Position numbers and translations under genes: made by a program. 64,000 nucleotides of DNA, taken from assembly GCA_025603075.1 (NCBI GenBank), contig MU626304.1, forward strand, positions 1 to 64,000, written 5' to 3'. The notes below the pieces were generated by a model. It saw nothing but the letters and a program-made list of their open reading frames with translations. It had not been told where the DNA came from and did no database searches. Source of the DNA: Neoconidiobolus thromboides FSU 785 (Eukaryota > Fungi > Entomophthoromycota). Positions 1 through 12,263 of the stretch are shown here, piece after piece (position 1 is the stretch's first letter; every line of letters starts with the position of its first letter).

Positions 1-2
1 TT

Positions 3-653
3 TTAGTTAATATCTTATATTACTTTGAAGTTCAATTAAGTGTGTTTTTAGCTGCTGAAAGGTTACATAAAATAATCAAAATCAAACTACCAAAATATAT
101 CTTTTTACCTTTACATATAAATGCTATATCTTTTATTGCTTTATTACTTTACTGTGCCACCCAAAACTTAATGACACCAGCTTCTTCTGACTTGATGTGT
201 ATGTTATCTGTAATGGATTCATTGATCAGCTCTATCACTTATCATTATTTAGTTTTAAGCTTCTTTTTTGGAGTATCAATAATATCCTTTTGTTATTATA
301 AATTAGCCAGGAATGTAACTAATATAAAAATTTTTGTCCAAATCGAGGCAGCATCAGAATCAACAGTAATAAAAAATAAGAAGATTCCCAGTTTGAACTC
401 AGCAGCAATTAGAATATATACTATATTAATAGTATATGTTGTTTGTATGTCAGGATCTGTTTTCTTTCTTTTGTTAGAAAGTTCGCTCCATTATATGTCG
501 AAGGAAGTAAACCAAACAATTATTACCATGAATCAAATTGTCGAGATACTATTTGTTATTGGAATTTTAGCCAATTCATCTTTACTTTTAATATTACATA
601 CTGGTATTTCAAAAGAAGCAAGTGTGTTTTATAAAAGTACTAAATTTTGGTGA
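3..653 (+). CDS. Family-A GPCR-like multi-pass membrane protein, 5' end lies outside the window
   Basis: The frame is open from base 3 (LVNILYYFEVQLSVFLAAERLHKI...). The LAAERL motif resembles the TM3 E/DRY region and is followed by four more hydrophobic helices; the last (ILANSSLLL) sits where TM7 would be. Confidence 0.55.
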   Translation, partial: LVNILYYFEVQLSVFLAAERLHKIIKIKLPKYIFLPLHINAISFIALLLYCATQNLMTPASSDLMCMLSVMDSLISSITYHYLVLSFFFGVSIISFCYYKLARNVTNIKIFVQIEAASESTVIKNKKIPSLNSAAIRIYTILIVYVVCMSGSVFFLLLESSLHYMSKEVNQTIITMNQIVEILFVIGILANSSLLLILHTGISKEASVFYKSTKFW

Positions 654-662
654 TATATAAAT

Positions 663-762
663 AAATGGGGGTATCTATTTTTTAGTAAACTTACTATCAT
701 TTTTCTCGTTTGATAGCGCTAAAAAATGAAAAAAGTGATGCAACAAAAAAACTACCCCAAAT
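663..762 (-). mobile_element. MITE copy 1 (degenerate), TSD AAAT/AAAT
   Basis: GGGGGT...ACCCC ends and the family core; 10 bp after the upstream stop codon. Confidence 0.75.
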
Positions 763-2101
763 ATTTTTTAAATTAAGTTTATTTTTAATTGTTTCTATTT
801 TTAGTTAACTTTATGCTTGTATTTAATTAGATCAGATTTTTGCATTTTTAGTACACTAAAACTTAGTATTCAAAGTATATCACTGGCCTTATTTATCTAT
901 CACTATTAAGTTATGATTTTAATTGATATTGATAAAATCGCTTGGGAGCTTGTTCTCCTTCAAAGAGTTTTAAAAAAAGCATATTAGAATTTTATAAAAA
1001 GATCATGTCCTAAAAGGTATATGCCAGTTTATCGTCCCATATATACCTAAAGTATATAAAGTAAATTATTTCATTGACATCCGAATTACAGTGCTTTCAT
1101 CCTTTAGTTGAATAATTGACACAATTATATATAATTTTCTATTATTATGAATATAGCCATTAAATATCGCTTATTATAGTAAAAGACTATTAACAAATTA
1201 TCTCTTTAGTCTATTTATCGTTTGTTTATTTATCGTTTATTTTAAAAGGAATTTAAATTTGTCAATAAATTGAAGTCCACCCCACCACAATACTTACCAA
1301 TTAAATAGCAACTTCTGCAAACAGAACAAATAAGAAGATCTATAGTGCTAAAAACATAGCAGATTAGCCTTTATAGAAAAATTTAACGATAAAGATACTT
1401 TGGTCATAATAAGCATATGTTATAACTTAACCTTTATTAACCTTAATACTTAATCATTCTCAACATAGTCTAGGCCTATAGCAGCAATGTATCTCCTGAT
1501 GTTACGATAAAATTAAGTTAAGTCAACCTCACTAACATAAAAATGTTCAATCGATACTTCATTTTATAGTCAAAACAATAACTTTAAATTAGTACAATTT
1601 TTATATAATGAATAGCCCCTCTTTATAATCGACTTCTTATCAATATATATGGTATTATCAGAAACTTTCTTACCAACCCCAATTACTTGAACTATTTGCA
1701 AAAGCTAAGGGCAAGGTAAATCCCTACTATACTATATTTGAAAATTACAAATCCTCTCCTTTAGTTGAAAGCCACCATAGAAAATTTCTAGATTGATGTG
1801 GTTACTGTGATGACTCTTGATTGCATTACAGTATCATCTACTAGTAAACTAGTACTTAACAATAACACTAAGCGGGATTAAAGATAGCAAACCAATAAGG
1901 TTTATGGTTCTAGCTAAAAGATTGTTATTATTTTAAACTTTATCCTTACTATTTTATTGTATTGATACTTTTTTATCAGATTTTTTCTACTCTATTAGAG
2001 TTGCTATTTAAAGTACATGTTCAATCTATATTTACATTAGGCTAAATGAATTACCATTTATCAAAATTTTACCAATACAAGGAAATGCTTTTGAACAATT
2101 T

Positions 2102-2207
2102 AAAGGGAGGTGTTTTTTTTGATTTTATACTTTTACCATTTCTTAAGTGACATTTGGGTGAAAAAATCATTAGTGAAATTCTTAAATAAAAAAACACATC
2201 TCCAAAT
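2102..2207 (+). mobile_element. MITE copy 2
   Basis: GGAGGTG...CATCTCC ends and family core; flanks AAAG/AAAT. Confidence 0.8.
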
Positions 2208-2562
2208 AGTAAATCGTCTGACTCACATATTAGTCAAGGTAGACGAAACAATAATAAAAATACATTAGTACATATATTTTACCCCTTTGCAGTAAGAATG
2301 ATACTTAGTTATATTTTGAAAATTTGTTCTAATCACTTGCTATATTATAGTAAATCATTTATAAAAGTAATTATACAATCTTCTAGTTTTTTTAATATTC
2401 TATTTTGATTGAAATTATAAAAAATCAATTTTAACATTACTTAGTCTAAAACTATAAACTGCAAATAAAATAAAACATTGAATATTAAAATAAAGTATAT
2501 AAATTATAAATCTAATTTATTAAACCAAATAAATACCTATTATAACTTTATGCTATTGAATT

Positions 2563-3077
2563 TTAAACATTCAATTCTTGAGCATTTATGGATTTTGGTT
2601 TTTCTGGCATATCAGCACGTCTGGCNNNNNNNNNNNNNNNNNNNNNNNNNNNNNNNNNNNNNNNNNNNNNNNNNNNNNNNNNNNNNNNNNNNNNNNNNNN
2701 NNNNNNNNNNNNNNNNNNNNNNNNNNNNNNNNNNNNNNNNNNNNNNNNNNNNNNNNNNNNNNNNNNNNNNNNNNNNNNNNNNNNNNNNNNNNNNNNNNNN
2801 NNNNNNNNNNNNNNNNNNNNNNNNNNNNNNNNNNNNNNNNNNNNNNNNNNNNNNNNNNNNNNNNNNNNNNNNNNNNNNNNNNNNNNNNNNNNNNNNNNNN
2901 NNNNNNNNNNNNNNNNNNNNNNNNNNNNNNNNNNNNNNNNNNNNNNNNNNNNNNNNNNNNNNNNNNNNNNNNNNNNNNNNNNNNNNNNNNNNNNNNNNNN
3001 NNNNNNNNNNNNNNNNNNNNNNNNNNNNNNATAGATGCAATGATAACAGATAATAAAGAAGGAGTGAAAAATTTCAT
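2563..3077 (-). CDS. Putative secreted protein whose middle is hidden by the assembly gap
   Basis: AAACAATG start and signal-like MKFFTPSLLSVIIAS before the Ns. After the gap one frame reads ARRADMPEKPKSINAQELNV*. TATAAATA lies ~75 bp upstream. Confidence 0.45.
2626..3030. other. Assembly gap (405 N)
   Basis: Run of N. Confidence 1.
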
Positions 3078-3150
3078 TGTTTAGATTGTTGTTTGTATAA
3101 TATAATTGTAATTCTAGTTTGATAATAAAAGACTGTGGTTCTTATGCATG

Positions 3151-3158
3151 TATTTATA
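3151..3158 (-). promoter_or_regulatory. Candidate TATA box (TATAAATA) for the gene starting at 3077
   Basis: Motif ~75 bp upstream of the ATG; weak evidence in AT-rich DNA. Confidence 0.3.
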
Positions 3159-4383
3159 GTGTTTTCGTTTGAATAACAGTTGTCCTTCTCCACTTAGTTT
3201 GTTTAATATTGTATCAAAATACCCGATGATCTTATGTAATGACATTATAATCCCATTATATCATTAAGTAATGACTTCACTTATGGATTTTACTCAAGTA
3301 GATGACATCTAGCTTAACGATAATCTTTAGTTTTGAGTATTGAACATTTATAATTTTTGTTATATTAATTGATTTACTTTATCGTTAGAAACTAAATGGG
3401 CATGCTTTTAAGAATTTTATTAACTTATCCACCCACTAGCGCTTTGATAATGACTAAATAAATGAAACTTAAAGAGACCTTCAGATTATTGGGCAAATTA
3501 ACATAAAATTTAATTAAAATGGGCAGTTAATATTATTAAATAATTTAATTGTGCAATGTTATTGATCAAACTAATAAATTAAATTAGTGATTTCATTTAA
3601 TCATAAACTATATTAGCTTTAAATTTATATATTTCATATTGTTTATCTAATGATATCTTCAAATAACTAATTAAAAATCAAAGACAACAACATTGTTAAT
3701 AAATTACATAATAGTTGACGAAAAGTGTTGAACTTTAATAACTTATTTATAATGGTTTGCTATATTTTTGCTGTTCTGACTTTTTTAAATACAAATAGAG
3801 TGTTTTAAAATATTGAATAAAATAATTTTAATTTGAAATAAGCTTGTATGGTATAATTAACTTAAGTTATCATTAAATGATACATCAAACTATTGAAGGT
3901 TTAGACAATAGACAAAGTCTTTATTAGCGATATTGTAATCTAAAACTAGGTTAGATAGTTTGAGCTTTGATTTTATCAGTTGTATTTTTGATATATATTT
4001 AAGGTAATTCTAAACTCATTTATATTATTATATCTGTATTTAGCTATCCCATTTTAAGAGATATAATACCCAATAGGCTTTAGTGTGTTACATTTTTAAT
4101 AGCATAAGTCAGCTTTTTTTATTTTCATTGGCCTTTTCTTTAATATCTGGAAGGAATTATACTCTAAAGTAGTTTGAGTGTTTTGTCAACCATTAATAAA
4201 TTAAGAAATAATTGATTATATCGAAAAAAATCAGCATGTCGACTGTTATCATGTTTAATAAAAGCCAAGGATATTACAAATGTCTATAGTCAAGTTATAA
4301 GGCAAAATAATAAAATTATAGATAATGAGTTGGCGAATTTAATACTTTATATATTAATTATTTTATTTACAAAAATAAATACA

Positions 4384-4490
4384 ATATGAGGATGATTTTT
4401 TTGATTTTATTACTTTTTCCACCTTTTAAGCGCTATTTGAGCGGAAAATTTGTTAGTAAAATTCTTAAACACAAAAATACATCCCCATAT
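4384..4490 (+). mobile_element. MITE copy 3, TSD ATAT/ATAT
   Basis: GAGGATG...CATCCCC, near-consensus core. Confidence 0.95.
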
Positions 4491-4504
4491 ATTGAATGAA
4501 TTAT

Positions 4505-5005
4505 TTAGCCATAATATGTTTTTGTTATAATAAAATCCTTATCAACAATAACATTTAATCTATCTTCAATATAATCCAAAGTCACAAAAGGAGTATTTGG
4601 AGTAATAATACGATTGGGTTTTGGTAAGTCTGTTCTAAAAACCTAGAATGTAAAAATTAAAACCAATGCCACGAATAAAAATACACTTACAATTTCAATA
4701 CTAGGATCAGTTTGAGAGCCGCCTTCTTGGATTAATTTTTTACCAATATAAGAAGTACCTACACCTTTCTTGTCAGCTTCAGTTACTCTTTTAAGATTGT
4801 CAGTGAATTCAAGGCCACTAGATCGATTTATCATGATATTCCTAAAATGGTTACGCATCCTATCATCCATTTTAAATTTAGTGTCCTTAATTTTAATATC
4901 ATTGTTGTTAACTTCTGATGAAGATATAACGTTGTCTACTGGCAATTTTGCACTTGAAATAGTAACACTGAGGAAAAGTAAAAATATAGTGCTGAAAAAT
5001 TTCAT
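4505..5005 (-). CDS. Secreted peptidase inhibitor, I78 family (potato-inhibitor-I fold), paralog 1; exons 5005-4691 and 4642-4505
   Basis: Signal peptide. GTAAGT donor and TAG acceptor give exon 2 VFRTDLPKPNRIITPNTPFVTLDYIEDRLNVIVDKDFIITKTYYG*, with the R-I-x-P / VT-x-DY / RLN-x-x-VD motifs. Confidence 0.85.
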
Positions 5006-5360
5006 TATTTTAATATTTCAATTTTAGCCTTCTTTTGTTTTTTATGCTTTTATATTTCATTGAAATTTGTATTCTAAACTTCATTTTGATATGATTTTAT
5101 TGCAAATTAGTTGATCGTTGTTTGAAGCTGTTGATAGTCAAATACTATCTTTGTATATCAAATTTGACTTTAAATTTTTATTACTATAGATCACAAAGCC
5201 AGATAGCGTTATTGAGAATTACAATTTAGCAACTATCATCACGTTGAATTTATTATAGTCACAGAAGTTTATAGCGCTAAAACTGTTATACAAAGATTTC
5301 AATTTCTCCACTACCAGTATACACATAATATCCTTTATAAATAATGAAGTTTGTGACAAT

Positions 5361-5465
5361 AAATGGGATGTATTTTTGTGTTTAAGGATTTTACTAACAA
5401 TTTTTCTGCTCAAATAGCATTTAAAAAATGGAAAAAGTAATGAAGCTAAAAAAATATCCTCAAAT
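5361..5465 (-). mobile_element. MITE copy 4, TSD AAAT/AAAT
   Basis: Family core with terminal inverted repeats. Confidence 0.9.
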
Positions 5466-5695
5466 ATTATTTTTATAATAAACCTATTTTCATACTATTT
5501 AATATAAACATAGATAGATGTGGGAGAACACATACATCCAAGTATCATAGGATTCAATTAACAAAAGTAACTTCGCAAGTATATTTTGTTCTTTAGATAC
5601 GACACATTAACCTATGTGAGACTACATTTCAAAAATAAGGTTTCCTGACCTATTATTATTGCAAATGATAAGTAAAACTTAATTTGCTTTAAGAT

Positions 5696-5799
5696 ATATA
5701 AGGATGTTTTTTTTGATTTCACTTTTTTCATTTTTTAAGCACTGTTCGAGTAGAAAGATTGTTAATAAAATTCTTAAACAAAAAAATATATCACCATAG
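5696..5799 (+). mobile_element. MITE copy 5
   Basis: Family core; flanks ATAT/ATAG. Confidence 0.85.
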
Positions 5800-6446
5800 T
5801 CATAATAAAGTTTAATTTGTGATATAATATTTTGATAGAGCATTTACTATTAGTAGCCAGAATTTGACTTTACTCTTAGAATATTTTTTTAGTTATAGTA
5901 CTTTGATGGATGTGTTAAATCCATAGAAACTGTATTTAAAGGAAATGATAATTCTGATATTAAAAAGTTTTAACATGATAACTTTATATAAAAAATAAAG
6001 TGTTGAGCTTTCCTTCATAAGTATTATAAAACATAATAACATGCTATAGAATAATAATCAAGAATTTACATTAATGGCTTGAAGTATTAATGTCATAAAT
6101 ATAAATTCAGTTGCCCAATAATTGAGTTTTATCTAAATAGACACCCTAATCAAAAAGTGACTAACATATAATGTTTCAAGTTTTGAGCACAATCTATATA
6201 AAGGAGACACTCAAAATAAATATGGTTTTATGGGGCAATAAGTTTAGCCTATAAATTGAACTCTTAAAATTAGCATCTTTCTTCTTTAGACCAACAGTCT
6301 TTATTTTTACATATATATATTGTCACGTATAAGGATATCACACTAAAAATAAACTACATATTTATGACAAAATAGTAAATGCATCTTGAAATTCAAAAGT
6401 TTATAAACAATATATAAGGAAACAATAAAAGCATAACTTTTAATCA

Positions 6447-8387
6447 ATGGAAACGATAAGTGGATATTATATATTCATTATTGCTCTATGTTATTGGAGC
6501 TATAAAGTAAACCTATTTTATTCTATTCAAATATAAATAATCAATCGCTAGGTCATATACAATTTATTTTTTAGTCCATTAAGAAAAATCCCTGGGCCAT
6601 TAATAAATCAATTTTTTCCCTTTTTACTTAGATATTATCTATTTAATGGTACTATACACTTATATGTGACAAAACTTCATGAAAAATATGGTAAAACTAT
6701 TAGACTAAGTAAATATTATCCTTATTTTGTAAATACGTTTAAGTGAATTACTTATAGACTGGGATAATGTATCATTTTCTTCAGACGAAGCTGCAAACCA
6801 AATCTACTCAACTTATACATTTCCAAAAAGCAAACGTACCAATGGGTTTCAGATTATTGGTGAAACGATTCTTAGTACAAGGTAATCATAGTTTCAGTTT
6901 AACTTATAATATAATTTATAATCTTTTAGAGATAGGGAGTTTCATCGCCAAAGAGTAAATCATTTAATGAATTTAACAACTTCTATTAACTTTAATTTTT
7001 AGAAGAAAATCCTTGCTTTCAGTTTTTCAGATAAAACTATATCAAACATCGAATACCTAGTGAAAAGGAATGTTGATATTCTAGTCAATAAGATAGAGAA
7101 AATGGCTTTAGAAGAAAAAGACTTCAATATCGGTCTTTTTTTTCATTACTTTTCATTTGTAAAATCAAAATTATGTATTAAATATCACTAATTTATACAC
7201 TATTAGGATGTAATTGGGGATGTAGCGTATGGTAAATCCTTTGATATGTTAAAGAATGGCTATCACCCAGTTATTGGATGGATCAAAAATTTCTTTTTTT
7301 TGGCTGTTCTAGTAATCTTTTATTATAATTTAGTATTACTAAATAGTAATTAAAATTCAGGTTAGCTCCTTTTCATTTTTAAAACATTTTAAATTTGAAA
7401 GTGTAACTCAACTCTATAAGGTAATATACAAGCTTTATCATTATTAAATCATTCATAATATATTAGTTCTCATATGAAGCTGTTAAGAATGCAAAGGAGC
7501 ATTCAGATAGAGTTACTATATTAAGTACTTTAATAAACGCCTCTAATCCAGATACCGGAAAAACACTCAGTGAAAAAGAAATTGTAGAAGAATCGATTAT
7601 TCAACTGTAATACATTAACTATACCTTAAGTTCATCCTAATTAATTTATAGTGTCGCTGGTTCAGATACAACTTCTAATTCATTAATTTGGTACTTAAAT
7701 TATATTTTATAACCAACTTTTTAAATTCAACAATAAATTAGGACTTTTTATCTTTTATCAAAGTACCCTGAAACTTACAATAGGCTTAAAGAAGAATTAA
7801 TAGATAAATTTCCAAACAAAGAAGAGATAACTTTTGATAAATGTAAAGAAAGTGTTTACCTTCGAGCAGTGATTTATGAGAGCTTAAGAATTCTTCCAGT
7901 CGTTGCAGGTAATTTAATAAGAAATGTTCCAAAAGGTGGAAAAGTAATTGAAGGCTATTTTGTTCCTGAAAATGTAATTTAATTAAATTTATAATTGATT
8001 ATATTGAATTACTTTATTGTAGACTACAATCTCAATAAGTATAAATGCACTTCATAATTCTAATAGTAATTGGGATAATCCTCATTCATTTGATCCAGGA
8101 CGATGGATTGATGAAGATGGCCAGTTCCAATCTAACAATAATTTCTCACCCTTTTCTATTGGCCCAAGAGCATGTTTGGGTAGAAAGTATTATATATTAA
8201 AATTATATAATTAAAATGCTCATTTGTTTCTAGTTTAGCTTGGATGGAGCTATATTTAGTCACTGCTTCTTTAGTTAGAAATTTTAGTTTTAAGCTAAAA
8301 ACAGAAGTTGAAGTTGGGTCTAAGTTGTACGTCGTTAATTCACCAGAAAGAGACATAAATGTTTTCGCATTTAAACATGATAAATAA
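6447..8387 (+). CDS. Cytochrome P450, multi-exon
   Basis: Spliced by eye: N-terminal TM then PLRKIPGP, LHEKYGKTIRL, FDVIGDVAYGKSF, I-helix AGSDTTS, K-helix ESLR, FDPGRW and heme motif PFSIGPRACLG. Confidence 0.95.
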
Positions 8388-9537
8388 AGTTTTTTCAATT
8401 AAAAACAATGTCGGAGCGTTTTTTTTAATTCTCATATTTAACACAACCTAATATTAGAAAATTATCACCATTTTGGTGAAGCAGAAAACATATCCTCACA
8501 CACATGATAGCGCTGGATCAAGTTGGGAGCCAAAGACTAATTTTTGGTAGTATTAGTAGACGATGTAGATAACTAAGATAACAATTAATGGTAGTTAAAA
8601 GTCAAAATGAAGGAATTATCGGGCTTAATAGAGAGACCATAATTTCACCATATCCCCAATAGAAATTGAGTTGTTAAAACAAGAGAAATATAAACTATAA
8701 ACAATTTAAGTATAAAAATAGAAATAAACTTATGATAATGATATTTAGATTTATAGGACAAAAAGGACAGAAGGAGAGCGCTTTTTGATTATAAAAGTTA
8801 CACTTTAATAAAAAAACAACATACATTTTTATCAACCTATAAAAGTAGATTCAATTAAATAAACAGGCTTAATTAATTGAATATTGTTAAACAAGGAAAA
8901 ATCAATGCAATTATAGTCATAAATGTTATTAATAAAAAGTTATACTTAAAATTATTAAGCCCATTTTATATACTAAAAAATTATAAAAGTATACAAAATA
9001 ACCATTGAAAATTTGTTAATAATAAAATTGCCCCTAAATTGATAAAAACATCAAAGCTTTCTAAAGATCATACAGTCAAGTACTCCTAATCGATATTTGG
9101 AGATATTAGATAAATAATAAAATAATTGAATATTAATAGCAAAAGCTATCGAAAATGAGATAAGGGATTTTGAGTTACTAATCATCATTAAAAATATTAA
9201 TTTATATAATAAATGATGAAAACTACCTCTTTAAAATAATTGATACCCTATGCTAAAGAATATTAGAATTTTCTTCATATGAAAAAAAGAATAAAAGTAT
9301 CCTTTTTGAATTAAAATTTCCAATAAATTAACTAAAATAGTAAGATTGTATTGCCTTAAAATATCTTAAGAGAATACTTGATGCAACACATAAGTAGCTT
9401 GAATTTTGTATTTAAATTAATCTTAAACTTAGGCTTTAGTTTTTAAGATCATTTGAATTATTTACTGTATAAGTTTTTGTTATAGGTAAATGTAATAAAT
9501 TAATACTATAATAATATTTTTTATTGCTATAGTATAC

Positions 9538-10058
9538 CTAACCATAGTAAGCTCTAGTAACAATGTTGTCTTCGTCAACAACAATATTTAACCTATCTTG
9601 ACGATAGTCTAAAGTAACAGCTGGGTTATCGGGAGTAATGATACGATAAGGTTCAGGTAAACGGGCTTCATAGACCTAAAGAACGGTTAGTTACTTTACA
9701 ATCACTAATAAACAACTCAGCTTACATTTTTGCTGTTAACGTAATATTGATAGCCCCCCTTTTTAACCAATTTTTTGCCGATATAAGAACCGAGATCATT
9801 TTCTTTATCTTTTTTAGTTTTTTCAACTAGATTTTTGATGTAATCAAAAAAACCAGTATCATAAAAATACGAGGGTAAAACAGGATTAGGATAGTCGAAG
9901 GCTTTATTTGTGATTTTGTTATCACTGTTTGTGGCTGAAGGAGGACTTGTGCTGTCATTGTTCACTTCTAATTGTCCAACTGCATTTTCTGTTGGTATGG
10001 TGGCACTTAAAACAACGACGCCAAATGAGAGTAAACTTAAAAGACTAAGTAATTTCAT
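9538..10058 (-). CDS. Secreted peptidase inhibitor, I78 family, paralog 2; exons 10058-9726 and 9675-9538
   Basis: Signal peptide; GSYIGKKLV; exon 2 VYEARLPEPYRIITPDNPAVTLDYRQDRLNIVVDEDNIVTRAYYG*; same intron position as paralog 1. Confidence 0.88.
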
Positions 10059-10445
10059 GATATTATTTTTTACTTTAATTAAGCTGTTATTTTATTCTGT
10101 TTATATATATTCCTATTTTTCAGATTATTTTGCTATTCTATAAGATTGATTGAGGCTTTAAATCTGCTTAAATACACCTTATTATAAATATCAAATTAAT
10201 AAACATTTTCTTGGAAAACTTTATTTTAATGTGATACATAGTAAGCCTTTGTTATTAAGTAATAAAAAGTGATTTAATATACCTTTGTTTAATTTTAGTT
10301 ACTAGCATTACTACAATTAAACATTATTATTTTTTTAAAATAGTAAAATACTAAACCAAGTTCTAAAGCAAAGTAAATGTTTATTATTATTATAAATTAA
10401 TATTTCATTATGTAATTAGTACTATGTTATCGCTATCTTATTAGA

Positions 10446-12263
10446 CTATTTATTCGTCGACTCGATTTCCACTACAACCTTGGTAAGGTCCATAGTTGCA
10501 TCAATTACCCACGTATAATTTGGGACCTTCTTCAAACCTTCTAAGAAAGAAAATCCATCTTTAATAACCTGAATGCCCTCTTCATGAATAGATATATATA
10601 CTTGAATTGTACGTAGACAATAAATTAAACCAATAATACGCGTACTTGCATAAGGCTCAAACCCTAAACTTTTATTATAGCTGATGATACGCTTACCATA
10701 ATTAATGAGACAGCTTAACTCTTTTTCATTTACATTTTCCAGAACGGGTTTGTTAATAAACAAAGTATCAGGAGGACATAATTTAGCTCGGCTCATGTTT
10801 TCATATGAATTCATAATTACTGTGTTACTTTCAATTAAAATCAATTTAATTTGTATATCGTTATATTCTTTAATCTGTTGATTAATTTTAAATGTGACTT
10901 CCAACTCATACAACTTAATCATTGATTTATGAGTAATCGAGTTAATTAAATCAAAGAGTTGTTTGGCTTCTGTATACACTTGACTCGCTTTCAACTCCAA
11001 TTTACTAACTTTATTTAATAAGATATACGTCTCTCTTAAATACTTTGATAGATTGATACGGTATTTGGCTATAATCAAGTAGTTTTTAATGAAATAACCA
11101 TCCCTCAATTCATTGATACTTTCTAGATTTAACATTTCTTCCCAATCGTCCTCATTATTCGCTTCATTATTGATATTTTCGTTACGTTCGTTGTTAATTA
11201 TCGTTTCATATTTATTGTTAGCATTACTTAATATATCGGAAATATAATCTAAGTCAGGATCCATCGTAAGCATATTTGAATTTGTGTCTAAATAAATGGC
11301 CGCAGAAAAGGCCAATTTGCGCTCAAAAATCGTGTTAAAGCCAATTTTAAAAGGGGATTTAAGATGTAAACCAATTGACAAACATTTTGATATCAAATCG
11401 GAGTAAAAGTAAGAGGGTAAAGCATAGGTATGTGCTCTTAATCCATGTTTTAAAACAATTAGTGTTTGTATATAACTTAAGCTTAACTTAATTTTGGATG
11501 GTTTTAATTCTTTCATTAATGAATTTTTGATAAACTTTGCTAATTGGTTTGTACTATCTGTTTCTTTCAGTAACGACAGTCCACTTAATATAACAGCACA
11601 TTGAAGTATCATTTCTCTTTTGTATGTCATAAACCCATAGTAAGTAAATAAAGGTACTTCTAAATTAATATATTTAAAATAAGCATCAATAGCTTCATAG
11701 ATTAAATGGTTGTTATCGTTAAATGGGTCATAGTGATAATCATCGATCTTTTTACATAACTTCTTTCTACTTTGAAACTTATCGTAACTTTTTAATGCTA
11801 AATAAACCCTTAGCTCAGGGTTACTTTGATAAATATGAGAAAACGCTTTATCAAAAAATTCATCGATATGAAATAATTTAAATGGATAAATACTTAGTTG
11901 CGAGGTATTAATATTAAATATTGTCGCTTTGAATGTTTTAATATCGTCTTTTAATATCAAAAATGGCTTGTTGAATGATAATGATGGGCTACTATTGACT
12001 CTACTTTCATTATTTATCCCTTTCTGTTTACAATGTTTCCCAATAATCGTCATACTTTGTGCATATTTAAGTTTAATACTCTGTCTCGCACTATCCGTTG
12101 TTTGTTGCAGTTTGATATGCCTTGTACAATCAATTTTTCGCTTAACACAGTTGCTACACTTTGGTAATGCCCTATCGCATCTCTTTTTTAATAATTTGCA
12201 ATTATCACACACTTGTCGAAATTTATCTGCAACAGATAACACTCTAGTAGTATCTAAATCCAT
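10446..12263 (-). CDS. Zn(II)2Cys6 fungal transcription factor (605 aa, intronless)
   Basis: CDNCKLLKKRCDRALPKCSNCVKRKIDC zinc cluster, followed by a middle-homology-like region (IDAYFKYIN...PLF). Confidence 0.93.
   Translation of the reverse strand: MDLDTTRVLSVADKFRQVCDNCKLLKKRCDRALPKCSNCVKRKIDCTRHIKLQQTTDSARQSIKLKYAQSMTIIGKHCKQKGINNESRVNSSPSLSFNKPFLILKDDIKTFKATIFNINTSQLSIYPFKLFHIDEFFDKAFSHIYQSNPELRVYLALKSYDKFQSRKKLCKKIDDYHYDPFNDNNHLIYEAIDAYFKYINLEVPLFTYYGFMTYKREMILQCAVILSGLSLLKETDSTNQLAKFIKNSLMKELKPSKIKLSLSYIQTLIVLKHGLRAHTYALPSYFYSDLISKCLSIGLHLKSPFKIGFNTIFERKLAFSAAIYLDTNSNMLTMDPDLDYISDILSNANNKYETIINNERNENINNEANNEDDWEEMLNLESINELRDGYFIKNYLIIAKYRINLSKYLRETYILLNKVSKLELKASQVYTEAKQLFDLINSITHKSMIKLYELEVTFKINQQIKEYNDIQIKLILIESNTVIMNSYENMSRAKLCPPDTLFINKPVLENVNEKELSCLINYGKRIISYNKSLGFEPYASTRIIGLIYCLRTIQVYISIHEEGIQVIKDGFSFLEGLKKVPNYTWVIDATMDLTKVVVEIESTNK

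Noticed and set aside
900-2100. Slightly GC-richer intergenic stretch that could be a decayed gene or TE
   Set aside because: No frame gave recognisable motifs by eye; needs tblastx
2478-3084. Long ORFs across the N gap
   Set aside because: Artefacts of N translation; only the minus-strand start at 3077 has supporting signals
5219-5413. ORF-track ORFs overlapping MITEs (also 18987-19172, 35478-35723, 35548-35736, 51731-51946, 51935-52117)
   Set aside because: Their shared peptides (KILKHKNT, GVFF...FPFFK) are just translations of the MITE
8440-8660. Possible Ty3/Gypsy relic (SWEPKTNF chromodomain-like; SIGDMVKL-like on the other strand)
   Set aside because: The motifs are on opposite strands, are very short and have no RT/integrase context
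9296-9310. GTATCCTTT, a U12-type 5' splice-site-like motif
   Set aside because: Intergenic, with no flanking exon evidence
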